A stretch of 64,000 bases of DNA from assembly GCA_050299555.1 (NCBI GenBank), contig JBNKWA010000077.1:15490-79489 (forward strand). The letters run 5' to 3'. The position numbers and the translations under genes are program-made. Positions within the stretch are counted from its first letter, which is position 1. Every line of letters starts with the position of its first letter. The DNA is from Paracoccaceae bacterium. GTDB taxonomy: Bacteria; Pseudomonadota; Alphaproteobacteria; Rhodobacterales; Rhodobacteraceae. The notes below the pieces were generated by a model that saw only the letters and a list, made by a program, of their open reading frames with translations, made no database searches and was not told the origin of the DNA. Positions 18,987-31,216 of this stretch are shown here, piece by piece.

Positions 18987-19095
18987 TCAGACGGATTCGA
19001 ACTGATCTCTGGAGGGACAGTATGACTGTCCCTTGTGCCGCGCCGAGTTCGCGCCATTCGGCGAGAGCGGCGGCGCGGTTCTTCTTGAAGAGGTT
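18987..19095 (-). mobile_element. Short IS6-family transposase fragment, homologous to the remnant at 8416-8645
   Basis: Hand alignment of the minus strands: AAyyTCyTCAAGAAr...GGGACAGyyATACTG...CAGTTCGAAyCCGTCTG is shared with 8470-8580, in the same orientation. Confidence 0.4.
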
Positions 19096-19097
19096 TC

Positions 19098-19424
19098 GTG
19101 AGGAGACGGATCCTTATTGAAGTGGTTCGTGACGGAGGCGTGGATGGAGGCGAACATTTGAAGACTTCGGATGCGCCGCTTACCGCCGATCCGAGCGCCG
19201 GCAAACCTCTGGGCGCAATCGCCGCGGCAACCCGACATACAGACTCCTACATCCGCAGCCGGGCGCAGCTTGCTTTCCTGTCGCCCGCGATCCAGAGGGC
19301 CATCCTGGAGGGCCGCCAGCCGGCCGACTTGAAGCTGGAACGGATCATTCGGAAGCCGGTACCCCTCGACTGGGATCGGCAGTTGAGGCTCTACGGGTTT
19401 GACCGGGCGCCCGGGCATCCCTGA
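19098..19424 (+). pseudogene. C-terminal fragment of a serine-recombinase/resolvase-family protein
   Basis: Tail ...SYIRSRAQLAFLSPAIQRAILEGRQPADLKLERIIRKPVPLDWDRQ matches (from memory) the conserved C-terminal HTH tail of alphaproteobacterial recombinase-family proteins. No catalytic N-terminal domain is present. Confidence 0.45.
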
Positions 19425-19437
19425 TCCGCGCCTGCGC

Positions 19438-19604
19438 TTCCCTGTTCTTGCGGGAAAATTCCCTGATGGAAGAAGTAATTTCCCTGCAAACCCGAGTAGA
19501 ATTTCCTCTCAACGCATTGATATCAATGCCTGATTCAGGGACAGATTCTGTCGAACGACCCGGGATCCGCGGGAATTCCCTGTAAATTCCCTGCTAGCAG
19601 GGAA
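19438..19604. repeat. Cluster of six TTCCCTG/CAGGGAA words, including three palindromes
   Basis: TTCCCTG at 19438, 19459, 19480, 19576 and 19587. CAGGGAA at 19598. Palindromes GGGAA-AA-TTCCC (19452-19463), GGGAATTCCC (19571-19580) and TTCCCTGCTAGCAGGGAA (19587-19604). Lower-GC non-coding DNA next to the tRNA-Ser 3' end. Confidence 0.6.
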
Positions 19605-19772
19605 ATCTGGCTCAAACCGAAGCGCATGATACAGTCCCCGGAGATGGTGCGGGATTATCAGGCAAGATCGGGGCATTGCGGTCGTCTCTCTGGCAAAACG
19701 CAATGGGCAAGATCCCGAGAAAACGGGGAAAATCAGGGAAAGAAAGTCTTTGCTGACAGAGACAGGGGCGGG

Positions 19773-19862
<90 letters not shown>

Positions 19863-19958
19863 GCGTGAGCCCTGAGGCCCTAGTCGACAGCGCGCGGAAC
19901 CTAGAGGCCGCTCCGGGCTTTCGCAAGGGGAATTTCGGCCAGCGCCCTGGGCCGGGTC

Positions 19959-19987
19959 TTGACAGTGGCTTCCGCCCCGCAGATAAC
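19959..19987 (+). promoter_or_regulatory. Candidate sigma70 promoter of rplU-rpmA (TTGACA-N17-GATAAC)
   Basis: Consensus -35 hexamer at 19959-19964 and -10-like GATAAC at 19982-19987. Leaves a roughly 140-nt structured 5' UTR before rplU. Confidence 0.4.
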
Positions 19988-20133
19988 GCGGCCCTTCCTG
20001 ACGCGGGATGCCCGCGATTGGGCGAATACATGCATGCCCGGCAAGGGCCGCAGTTCTCCGGCGCGGGGCCAATCCCGCGGAACGCCGCACCAGCGGGGCC
20101 GTCGGACGCGAGAGACAAGAAGGAATGAACGCG

Positions 20134-20844
20134 ATGTTCGCGGTGCTGAAGACCGGCGGCAAGCAATACAGGGTCGCCGCCAACGAGATCCTCAAGATAG
20201 AAAAACTGGCCGCCGATGCCGGCGACACCGTCCAGTTCAACGACGTGCTGATGCTCGGCGGCGACAAGGTTACGGTCGGATCGCCCTTCGTTGCGGGTGC
20301 CGCCGTTCAGGCCGAGGTGCTGGAACAGACCCGGGGCGAGAAGACGATCTCGTTCAAGAAGCGCCGGCGCAAGCATTCCTCGGCCCGGCGCAAGGGCCAC
20401 CGGCAGTACCTGACCGTCGTGCGGATCACCGACATTCTGGCCTCGGGTGCCGATACCTCCGGCGTCAAGGCGGCAATCGGCGCCGGTTCGGCCCCGGCCG
20501 CGCTTCAGGCGGCGGCCCCGGCCAAGGCGGCGCCCGAACCGAAAGCCAAGGCGGAAAAGCCCGCCCCGGCACCGAAACCCGAGGCTGTGGCCGAGGCCAC
20601 CGGAACGCGCCCGGCCAACCTGCTGGAGGCGGCCGAGGGCGAGGCGGACGATCTCAAGAAGATCTCCGGCGTCGGGCCGAAGCTCGAGAAGCTCCTGAAC
20701 GAGAACGGCGTCTACCACTACTGGCAGGTTGCCGCCTGGACGGCGGACGAGATCGCCTACATGGATGACAAGCTGTCCTTCAAGGGCCGCATCGAACGTG
20801 ACAACTGGATCGACCAGGCCAAGACCCTGGCCGCCGGCGAATAA
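20134..20844 (+). CDS. rplU: 50S ribosomal protein L21 with Ala/Pro/Lys-rich linker and a roughly 60-aa C-terminal helix-hairpin-helix-like module
   Basis: [14 protein letters not shown]... canonical L21 for about 105 aa. AAGGA 9 nt upstream of the ATG at 20134. The C-terminus reads [58 protein letters not shown]. Confidence 0.9.
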   Translation: MFAVLKTGGKQYRVAANEILKIEKLAADAGDTVQFNDVLMLGGDKVTVGSPFVAGAAVQAEVLEQTRGEKTISFKKRRRKHSSARRKGHRQYLTVVRITDILASGADTSGVKAAIGAGSAPAALQAAAPAKAAPEPKAKAEKPAPAPKPEAVAEATGTRPANLLEAAEGEADDLKKISGVGPKLEKLLNENGVYHYWQVAAWTADEIAYMDDKLSFKGRIERDNWIDQAKTLAAGE

Positions 20845-20859
20845 GGAGGGCCCTGAGCC

Positions 20860-21129
20860 ATGGCACACAAGAAGGCAGGCGGTTCCTCTCGCAACGGCCG
20901 CGATACCGCCGGGCGCCGCCTCGGCGTCAAGAAGTTCGGCGGCGAGGCGGTGATCCCGGGCAACATCATCATCCGCCAGCGCGGCACCAAGTGGTGGCCG
21001 GGCAACGGCGTCGGCATGGGCCGCGATCACACCATCTTCGCGACGGTGGATGGCAAGGTGCAGTTCCACAAGGGGCTCAAGGGTCGCACCTACGTCTCCG
21101 TGACCGTTCCCGCCGAGGCCGCCGAATAG
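20860..21129 (+). CDS. rpmA: 50S ribosomal protein L27
   Basis: [28 protein letters not shown]... canonical L27. Confidence 0.97.
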   Translation: MAHKKAGGSSRNGRDTAGRRLGVKKFGGEAVIPGNIIIRQRGTKWWPGNGVGMGRDHTIFATVDGKVQFHKGLKGRTYVSVTVPAEAAE

Positions 21130-21159
21130 GCCGGACCCCATCAGGCACAGATCAGCCAA

Positions 21160-21192
21160 GGGCCCGGCAAGCAGCCGGGCCCTTTGTCGTTT
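21160..21192 (+). terminator. Rho-independent terminator after rpmA
   Basis: GGGCCCGGC-AAGCA-GCCGGGCCC followed by TTTGTCGTTT. Confidence 0.7.
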
Positions 21193-21250
21193 GCACGCCC
21201 CGGAACCCGGTATCGGCCGGGAACGGGCGGTGTTTCCGGAACCAAAGGCC

Positions 21251-21784
21251 ATGACCGTCAATGTCGAGACACAGCGCCTGATCGGACCGCGGCTGGTGCT
21301 GCGGCCGCTCCGGCCTTCCGATGCCGGGCTGATCGCCTTTTATTGCGGCGACGTCCGGGTGGCGAAGAACCTCTCCGTCGTGCCGCACCCCTATCCGCCC
21401 GGCGCGGCCGAGGCCTTCATTACCCGCAGCCTGTCGCCCACCAGCCGCGAGGCGGTCTGGGCCATGGACTACGGCGCCGACGACCATGCCGAGCTCATCG
21501 GGCTCGTCTCGCTCCGCGACCAGGGCGACGGGCAGGGCCTCGTCGGCTACTGGGTGGCGCCGCAGCTCTGGGGCGGCGGCTTCGCCTCCGAGGCGCTGGA
21601 GCTTGTCATTGCCGAGGCGCGCCGGCGCGGCTACGACCAGCTCACCGCCAGCGTCCATGTCGGCAACGACGCCAGCGCCCGGGTGCTGGAGAAGGCGGGC
21701 TTTTTCGATGTCGGCGGCGGCGAGAGCCACTCGATCGCCCATGGCGGCATGGTCAAGACGCGCTTCTATGCCTGCGACCTGTGA
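21251..21784 (+). CDS. GNAT N-acetyltransferase (RimJ/RimL-like), copy 1
   Basis: Internal ATG at 21251 (MTVNVETQRLIGPRLVLRPLRPSD...). YWVAPQLWGGGFASEAL acetyl-CoA motif region. Confidence 0.8.
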   Translation: MTVNVETQRLIGPRLVLRPLRPSDAGLIAFYCGDVRVAKNLSVVPHPYPPGAAEAFITRSLSPTSREAVWAMDYGADDHAELIGLVSLRDQGDGQGLVGYWVAPQLWGGGFASEALELVIAEARRRGYDQLTASVHVGNDASARVLEKAGFFDVGGGESHSIAHGGMVKTRFYACDL

Positions 21785-22318
21785 CACCGATCCGCTGCTG
21801 ATCCGCACCGCGAGGCTGACCATCGCGCCCTTCGAGGATGGCGATGCGGCCCGCTTCGCGGCCATCGCCGGCGACCTCGGCGTGGCCCGGATGATGTCCT
21901 CGATCCCGCATCCGTTCACCGCGGCCGACGCCGAGGCCTGGATCGACGGCCGCCGCTGGAAGGGCCGGATCGGCTTTTGCGCCGCGATCCGGGACCAGCG
22001 CGATCTGGTGGGCATGGTCGGCATCGGCGGCGATCCCGTGGACACCGCCTATCTGATCGGCCGCGCCCATTGGGGCAGGGGCTTTGCAACCGAGGCGATG
22101 CGGGGCTTTCTCGCCGAGATGTTCGCGCGCTTCCCACTGACCCGGGTCACTGCCGGCGCCTTTGACGACAACCCGGCCTCGGTCCGGGTGCTGGAAAAGC
22201 TCGGCTTCACATACGACCGAAGCTACATGAACCCGTCGAAAGCGCGGGCGGAGCCCGGAAGGGTCCGCGAATACGCCATCGACCGGGCCGCAGTCGAGGC
22301 CCGGGGCGGGCCGCAGCT

Positions 22319-22322
<4 letters not shown>
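21768..22322 (+). CDS. GNAT N-acetyltransferase (RimJ/RimL-like), copy 2
   Basis: In-frame ATG at 21768 (17-nt overlap with copy 1). LIRTARLTIAPFEDGD...YLIGRAHWGRGFATEAM. Confidence 0.75.
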
Positions 22323-25048
<2,726 letters not shown>

Positions 25049-25097
25049 CCGCGCGCACCAACCCGTTCAGCGACCGCGTGGCCCCGATACGTTTGGG

Positions 25098-25847
25098 CTA
25101 GGCCGGCCCGGTCAGCGCCCGCAGCAGCAGCATGGCCGCACCCGTTGCGATTGCGGCCTCGAGCAGCACCTCGTGCTGGCCGGGCCTCAGCCGCCGGATC
25201 AGCCAGCGCGCAACCAGCGCGCCCGGCGTCGCCATCAGCCCGATCAGCAGGGCCAGGATCAGCAGCGGTCCGGTCAGGGCGCCCGCCGCCGCGAAGACGC
25301 CGGTCTTGAAGACACCCAGCACCACCGAGATCGTGGCATCGGTTGCCACCACCGCCGCGCCACCCAGCCCGGCGGCCATCAGGATCGACGTCAGGATGGC
25401 ACCGCCACCGGTGGTGCCGCCCATGGCCAGGCCGAGACCGGCGCCGGCCACCCGCTGTCCTCTCGGCCCGATCGCTATTCTCAGCCGCCGCAGGATCCGG
25501 CGCAGCGGCAGTAGCACCAGCAGCATGACACCGATGAAAAGCTGCGCCGCCGGGCCGGAGAGGAGCGTGAAGCCCCATGCGCCCAGCAGCACGCCGGGAA
25601 CGGCGACCGGCGCGATCCGCCGCACCATCGGCCACGAGATGTCGGTACGAAAGGTCAGCGCGCGGGTCGGGTTGGTGATCAGCGCACTGACCCCGATCAC
25701 CGGCACCGTGGCTTCGGCGCCGATCAGGGGCACCAGCACCAGCGGCATGATCAGCCCGGTGCCATAGCCCGAAAGGCCGCCGGCTATCTGCGCCGCCAGC
25801 GCGGTCAGGGCAACGATCAAAACGTCGATGAGCTGCAGATCGGACAT
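25098..25847 (-). CDS. TauE/SafE-family sulfite-exporter-like membrane protein
   Basis: 249 aa, 7-8 TM, Gly-rich repeats. Sits between proB and proA on the opposite strand. Confidence 0.85.
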   Translation of the reverse strand: MSDLQLIDVLIVALTALAAQIAGGLSGYGTGLIMPLVLVPLIGAEATVPVIGVSALITNPTRALTFRTDISWPMVRRIAPVAVPGVLLGAWGFTLLSGPAAQLFIGVMLLVLLPLRRILRRLRIAIGPRGQRVAGAGLGLAMGGTTGGGAILTSILMAAGLGGAAVVATDATISVVLGVFKTGVFAAAGALTGPLLILALLIGLMATPGALVARWLIRRLRPGQHEVLLEAAIATGAAMLLLRALTGPA

Positions 25848-25986
25848 GGGCGGCCGGTAGGCTGATCCGCCCGCTGCTTGGTCGCGGTCCCGAAGAAAGT
25901 CAAGCGCACCGGGAAGCTGCCGAAGGGCCTGCGGACTGGCACAGCCACTCGTTTCGGTCTAGACCGATCTTCCGGAGGAGAGGACC

Positions 25987-27261
25987 ATGAACGATCAGCA
26001 GCGCACCGAGGACATCACCGCCGTAATGATGGCGATCGGCCAGGCTGCCCGCGATGCTGCCCGGGTCCTCGCCACCGCCACGGCCGAGCGCAAGCACGCG
26101 GCGCTGATCGGCGCGGCAGAGGCGGTCTGGTCCAGCCGCGGTGCCATCCTGACCGCCAACGAGAAGGACATGGCCGCCGCGACTGCCAAGGGCCTCTCCA
26201 AGGCCATGCTCGACCGGCTGCTGCTGAACGAGGATCGGGTTCGCGGCATGGTCGACGGACTTCGCTCCGTCGCCCAGCAGACCGACCCGGTCGGCGCGGT
26301 GCTGGCGGAATGGGACATGCCCTCGGGGCTTCATATCCGCCGCGTCTCCACCCCCATTGGCGTTGTCGGGGTGATCTTCGAAAGCCGTCCCAACGTCACC
26401 GCAGATGCCGGGGCGCTGTGCCTCAAGGCCGGCAACGCGGCGATCCTGCGCGGCGGCTCGGAAAGCTTCCACTCCGCCCACGCCATCCACGCCGCGCTGG
26501 TGGCGGGGCTGGAACAGGCGAACCTGCCCGCCGCGGCGATCCAGCTTGTGCCCACCCGCGACCGGGCGGCGGTGGGCGCCATGCTGACCATGACCGATCA
26601 TATCGACGTCATCGTGCCTCGCGGCGGCAAGGGGCTGGTCGGCCGAGTTCAGGCCGAGGCGCGGGTGCCGGTCTTCGCCCATCTCGAGGGGATCGTGCAC
26701 ATCTATGTCGATGGCGCCGCCGACACCGGCATCGCCCGCAAGGTGATCCTCAACGCCAAGACCCGGCGAACCGGCATCTGCGGTGCCGCCGAATGCCTGC
26801 TGGTGGACCGTGCCTATCTCGATGCCCACGGCGCGCCGTTCATCGAGGACCTGATCGCGGCCGGGGTCGAGGTCAGGGCCGACGAGGCGCTGCGGGCGAT
26901 CCCGGGCACGGTAGCGGCGAGCGATGACGACTGGGGCCACGAGTTCCTCGACATGGTCATCGCGGCGAAAGTGGTCGACGGCATCGACCCGGCGATGGAT
27001 CACATCCGCCGCTACGGCTCGAACCACACCGACTGCATCATTACCGCCGACGAGCGCCAGGCGACGCGTTTCTTCGCTGGCCTCGACAGCGCCATCCTGA
27101 TGCACAACGCCTCGACCCAGTTCGCCGATGGCGGAGAGTTCGGCATGGGTGCCGAGATCGGCATCGCCACCGGCAAGCTGCATGCCCGCGGGCCGGTGGG
27201 GGCGGCGCAGCTGACCAGCTTCAAGTATCTGGTCACCGGCGACGGTGCGATTCGGGCCTGA
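25987..27261 (+). CDS. proA: Glutamate-5-semialdehyde dehydrogenase
   Basis: 424 aa. [14 protein letters not shown] catalytic Cys region. RBS GGAGGAGAGG. Confidence 0.97.
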   Translation: MNDQQRTEDITAVMMAIGQAARDAARVLATATAERKHAALIGAAEAVWSSRGAILTANEKDMAAATAKGLSKAMLDRLLLNEDRVRGMVDGLRSVAQQTDPVGAVLAEWDMPSGLHIRRVSTPIGVVGVIFESRPNVTADAGALCLKAGNAAILRGGSESFHSAHAIHAALVAGLEQANLPAAAIQLVPTRDRAAVGAMLTMTDHIDVIVPRGGKGLVGRVQAEARVPVFAHLEGIVHIYVDGAADTGIARKVILNAKTRRTGICGAAECLLVDRAYLDAHGAPFIEDLIAAGVEVRADEALRAIPGTVAASDDDWGHEFLDMVIAAKVVDGIDPAMDHIRRYGSNHTDCIITADERQATRFFAGLDSAILMHNASTQFADGGEFGMGAEIGIATGKLHARGPVGAAQLTSFKYLVTGDGAIRA

Positions 27262-27290
27262 CGGGCGGCGAATGGCCCAGAAAAGGAAAT

Positions 27291-27335
27291 GCCCGGCACG
27301 GGGCCGGGCAGTTGCCATTTTAGTTTTTTTGTTTT
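27291..27335 (+). terminator. Rho-independent terminator after proA
   Basis: GCCCGGC-ACGGG-GCCGGGC followed by a T-rich tract (CATTTTAGTTTTTTTGTTTTG). Confidence 0.65.
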
Positions 27336-27380
27336 GATTTCCGCTCGCGTCTGCGCCCGCGTCCTACCCCTGTCGCTTGT

Positions 27381-27953
27381 TCAGCCGCGCCAGCTGCGCA
27401 CCGGACCGCAATCCATGTGCACGAAATTCGACCGCGCATACTTTCCGACGCCGCCAGCCTTGCAGGCTGCCGCCGCACCGGCCATGTCGGTGATCGATCG
27501 GCTGGAATGCTGCAGGTCCGCAGCCATGCCCTTCATGTGGTAGCTGTCCTTGGCGACGCCGCGGTGGGTTCGGGCGAGCATCGCGTTGGTGTGCGGCGTC
27601 CGATAACCCGAAACCACCAGATAGGGCTCGCTGGTGTCCATCAGCCGCAGCGTGGCGGCGAGGATGTCGACATTGCGGCGGTCATACGGGATCACAGCGT
27701 TCTCGCGCCAGTCGCGCATGAACCAGTTGATCTCTTCCATCACCTCGGGAATGTACTCGCCCTCGACCCAATAGACCGTGTCGATGGCCTCGCCCGTGCG
27801 AGCCGACCGCAGCGACACCCTTCTGATGTCTCCGGCACCGCGCAAAAAGCTTGCTGCTTTGGCGTAGTGGGGTGCGGCAGTGACGGCTGCGATACCTGCG
27901 AATGCGCCCAATGCTGCACGGCGCGAAAGCCGTGCGTCAGCCGGTTTGATCAT
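27381..27953 (-). CDS. DUF882 / peptidase M15A protein (YcbK/MepK-like murein endopeptidase) with Tat signal
   Basis: Internal ATG at 27953 (MIKPADARLSRRAALGAFAG...). SGYRTPHTN...SYHMKGMAADL...FVHMDCG metal-binding motifs. Confidence 0.85.
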   Translation of the reverse strand: MIKPADARLSRRAALGAFAGIAAVTAAPHYAKAASFLRGAGDIRRVSLRSARTGEAIDTVYWVEGEYIPEVMEEINWFMRDWRENAVIPYDRRNVDILAATLRLMDTSEPYLVVSGYRTPHTNAMLARTHRGVAKDSYHMKGMAADLQHSSRSITDMAGAAAACKAGGVGKYARSNFVHMDCGPVRSWRG

Positions 27954-28282
27954 GCCAAGTCCTGCCTTCGTTCCGTCCCTCGTGGCCGCCGATTTTTTTG
28001 GCCGACCATCCCTCTGACCGAGGTTTCGCACTCGACCCCGGTTCAGCCAAGCGACATTTCTTGCCTTGATTCGTGCTCGGCGGATTTCTGCCGAAAGTCA
28101 CGTTTTTTGGCGCTGTGCCCGGCCATTCACCACAACTTTACCGAAAGCTGATGCACAAACTCCACAGTTGCGCTGCAATCTGCGAGCATCGTCACCGCCA
28201 TCTGTGGCGGTCTGCGACGATGTTGATAGCGTCCGTTGACAAGGTAAGCCAGCGAGTGGGTCACGTGTCGGAACTTGGATTT

Positions 28283-29977
28283 ATGCGGTCAGCGCCCTGC
28301 GCTTTGACCATGTTTTTTGCTGTCTTGGCGTCAGGCGCCGTGGCCCAGGACGCACAGCCGCCGTTGCCGGCGGCTGTCGAGGATATGGCGGCGACCGCCG
28401 ATCCCCTTGTGGCTTCGGTCTCCGACGCGCTGGAGGAGCCGGCCGAGGTGCCGTTGGCGCCATTGCCGGCACTCTTGCGCGACAGCATCGCATCGGGTGG
28501 GCCGGTGCTGGCGCAGCTCGATGCCTTCTATGCCGAGCGGGGCTACCAGCCCGTCTGGGACGCAGGCCACGGCGACGCCCTGCTGGCTGCCCTGGCTCAG
28601 GTTTCCCGGCATGGCCTTCCGCCGGCGCGCTACGAGGCCGATGCCCTCGCGGCGACGTTGCAGACCGGGCTTGCCGGGGGCGCCGACGACGATGCACGCG
28701 TCGCGGCCGAGATTGCCGCGGCGCGGACCTTCGTGACCTACGCGCATGACATCAACTCGGGGATGCTGGAGCCGCGCGAGATCGACCGCGAGCTGACCTT
28801 CCGCCCGCACCGCGCGGACCCCTCGAAGATGCTCGCCGACTTCTTCGCGGCACCGGATGCCGATGCCTTTCTCTCCGGCTTGGCGCCGCAGCATCCGCAA
28901 TATGCAGCCCTTCTCGACCAGAAGGTGCGGCTCGAGGCGCTGATCCAGGCCGGCGGCTGGGGCCCCGAGGTGCCCGCCGGCAAGACCATGCGTCCGGGTC
29001 AGGCGGGGTCGCGGGTGCTGGCCATGCGCCAGCGGCTGTCGCGCATCCTGCAGCAGTCGCTGGGCGACAGCGATGTCTTCGACGAAGGGCTGGTCATCGC
29101 GCTCAAGCAGTTCCAGGACCGCCACGGGCTGAACGCCGATGGCGTTGCCGGGCCGGCGACGCTGGCGGCGCTGAACCGCTCGCCCGAGTTCCGGCTCGAA
29201 CAGGTGCTGGTCAATCTCGAGCGCCAGCGCTGGATGAACTTCGACCGCGGCTATCGCCACATCTTCGTCAACCAGGCCGACTTCTCCATGGCCGTCTACG
29301 AGGATGGCAAGGCGATCTTCCGCTCGCGCACCATCATCGGCAAGGCGGCCGAGCATCGCACGCCCGAGTTCTACGAAGAGATGACCCATATGGTCGTCAA
29401 CCCGACCTGGCACGTGCCGCGCTCGATCGTGACCGAGGAGTACCTGCCGCGGCTGCAGCGCAACCCCGGCTCGCTGCCGCACCTGCAGGTGATGACCCGC
29501 AGCGGCACCCGGATCAACCCGCGGCTGGTCAATTTCGGCCAGTTCACCAAGGGCAACTTCCCCTTCATCATGAAGCAGGCACCGGGCAGCGGCAACGCCC
29601 TCGGCCGGGTCAAGTTCATGTTTCCCAACCAGTACGACATCTACCTGCATGACACCCCGACCAAGCCGCTCTTCGCCAGGGACGTTCGTGACTTCAGCCA
29701 TGGCTGCGTGCGGGTGCAGCGGCCGTTCGAGCTGGCGCACCTGCTGCTCAGCTGGCAGACCGACGAGCCCGAGGCGGTGTTCGAGCGGGCGCTGGCGGGC
29801 GGGCGCGAGCGCCACCTCGATCTGGCCAAGCCGGTGCCGATCTATCTCACCTACCAGACCGCCTGGGTTGACGATGACGGCGTCAGCCAGTTCCGCGAGG
29901 ATGTCTATGGCCGCGACCGGCGCATCTTCGGCGCGCTCGCCGATGCCGGCGTGACGCTGCCGGCGGTTGAAGGCTAG
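28283..29977 (+). CDS. L,D-transpeptidase family protein (YcbB/LdtD-like, PG-binding + YkuD domains)
   Basis: Start chosen at the signal-peptide Met (MRSAPCALTMFFAVLASGAVAQ). PG_binding_1-like LKQFQDRHGLNADGVAGPATL. Catalytic HDTPTKPLF...SHGCVRV. Confidence 0.85.
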   Translation: MRSAPCALTMFFAVLASGAVAQDAQPPLPAAVEDMAATADPLVASVSDALEEPAEVPLAPLPALLRDSIASGGPVLAQLDAFYAERGYQPVWDAGHGDALLAALAQVSRHGLPPARYEADALAATLQTGLAGGADDDARVAAEIAAARTFVTYAHDINSGMLEPREIDRELTFRPHRADPSKMLADFFAAPDADAFLSGLAPQHPQYAALLDQKVRLEALIQAGGWGPEVPAGKTMRPGQAGSRVLAMRQRLSRILQQSLGDSDVFDEGLVIALKQFQDRHGLNADGVAGPATLAALNRSPEFRLEQVLVNLERQRWMNFDRGYRHIFVNQADFSMAVYEDGKAIFRSRTIIGKAAEHRTPEFYEEMTHMVVNPTWHVPRSIVTEEYLPRLQRNPGSLPHLQVMTRSGTRINPRLVNFGQFTKGNFPFIMKQAPGSGNALGRVKFMFPNQYDIYLHDTPTKPLFARDVRDFSHGCVRVQRPFELAHLLLSWQTDEPEAVFERALAGGRERHLDLAKPVPIYLTYQTAWVDDDGVSQFREDVYGRDRRIFGALADAGVTLPAVEG

Positions 29978-30084
29978 CGGCCAATCGGCTAAGCCGCCCC
30001 GGGGGCCGGGGCGTCGGACAGTCCGCCGGCGGGCGATGGCAGCCGGGCAGCCCGGGGTCCCCGCGAACCGGAAACCGTCCAGCC

Positions 30085-31182
30085 ATGACCCATACCATCC
30101 GCAGTATCGCCCGGGCGCTGGGCGCCGAGGCCGAGGGCGATCTCGACCTCGCCATCGCCCGCCCCGCCGAGCCGGCCCGCGCCGGCCCCGACGATCTGGC
30201 CCTGGCCATGGACCCCCGCTTTGCCGAGGGACTGGCCGAAGGCGGCGCCCGCGCCGCCATCCTCTGGCCCGGCGCCGACTGGCGGGCGCTGGGGCTCAGC
30301 GCCGCGATCTTCGCGCCCAGGCCACGCTACGTCCTGGCTGGCGTCACTAGCCTTTTCGCGCCCCCGCCGGCATCGGCGCCGGGCATCCACCCCACCGCCA
30401 TCGTCGATCCCTCCGCCCGCCTCGGCGACGGCGTCTCCATCGGCCCGTTCTCCATCGTCGAGGCCGGCGCGGAAATCGGCGCCGGCAGCACCATCCTGTC
30501 GCATGTGGTGATCGGCGCCGGCGCGGCAATCGGGCCCGGCGCCCTGATCCACGCCCGCGGCTGGATCGGTCCCGGCACCGTTGCCGGGCCCGGCCTCATC
30601 ACCCATCCCGGCGCGATCGTCGGCGCCGACGGCTTCTCCTTCGTCACCCCGCAGCCCGGCGCGGTCGAGGCGGCGCGCGCCACCGGCCAGATCGACCCCG
30701 CTGCCGATCCCGACGCCACCCGCTACGTGCGCATCGCCTCGCTCGGCCGGGTCATCCTGGGCGCCGATGTCGAGATCGGCGCCAATGCCTGCATCGACCG
30801 CGGCACCATCGTCGACACCGTGATCGGCGACGGGACCAAGATCGACAACCAGGTGCAGATCGGCCACAACTGCCGCGTCGGCAGCCATTGTCTGCTCTGC
30901 GGCCAGGCCGGCGTCGCCGGCTCGGTCACCATCGGTGACCGGGTGGTGCTGGGCGGCAAGGCCGGGATCGCCGATCACATCACCATCGGCTCGGACGTGG
31001 TGGTGGCCGGCGCCTCGGGCGTCTCCTCAAACATCCCGTCGGGGCGGGTGATGATGGGCAATCCGGCGGTTCGCATGGACCTCAACGTCGAAATCTACAA
31101 GGCGCTGCGACGGCTGCCACGGCTGGTCGCCCGCGTCGCCGAACTGGAGAAACGGGTTTCCAAGACCGGGGCGAAGGATTAG
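30085..31182 (+). CDS. LpxD-family UDP-3-O-acylglucosamine N-acyltransferase (divergent paralog-like)
   Basis: 365 aa. N-terminal uridine-binding-like domain, left-handed beta-helix hexapeptide repeats, catalytic-region GADGFSF. An insertion (TPQPGAVEAARATGQIDPAADPDATRYVRIASLG) is present. Not in the usual bamA-lpxD-fabZ-lpxA context. Confidence 0.75.
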   Translation: MTHTIRSIARALGAEAEGDLDLAIARPAEPARAGPDDLALAMDPRFAEGLAEGGARAAILWPGADWRALGLSAAIFAPRPRYVLAGVTSLFAPPPASAPGIHPTAIVDPSARLGDGVSIGPFSIVEAGAEIGAGSTILSHVVIGAGAAIGPGALIHARGWIGPGTVAGPGLITHPGAIVGADGFSFVTPQPGAVEAARATGQIDPAADPDATRYVRIASLGRVILGADVEIGANACIDRGTIVDTVIGDGTKIDNQVQIGHNCRVGSHCLLCGQAGVAGSVTIGDRVVLGGKAGIADHITIGSDVVVAGASGVSSNIPSGRVMMGNPAVRMDLNVEIYKALRRLPRLVARVAELEKRVSKTGAKD

Positions 31183-31216
31183 ATAGCAGCGCGTGGGTAT
31201 GTCCGGAGCTCTCCTG

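Noticed and set aside
19571-19604. EcoRI (GAATTC) and NheI (GCTAGC) palindromes as hints of a restriction-modification system.
   Set aside because: They are simply the cores of the TTCCCTG-based inverted repeats. No R-M genes are present in the window.
20440-20640. Ala/Pro/Lys-rich low-complexity stretch inside rplU, which looks like a DNA tandem repeat or a separate gene.
   Set aside because: It stays in-frame between the L21 core and the C-terminal module, with no stop or restart signal. It is treated as a linker.
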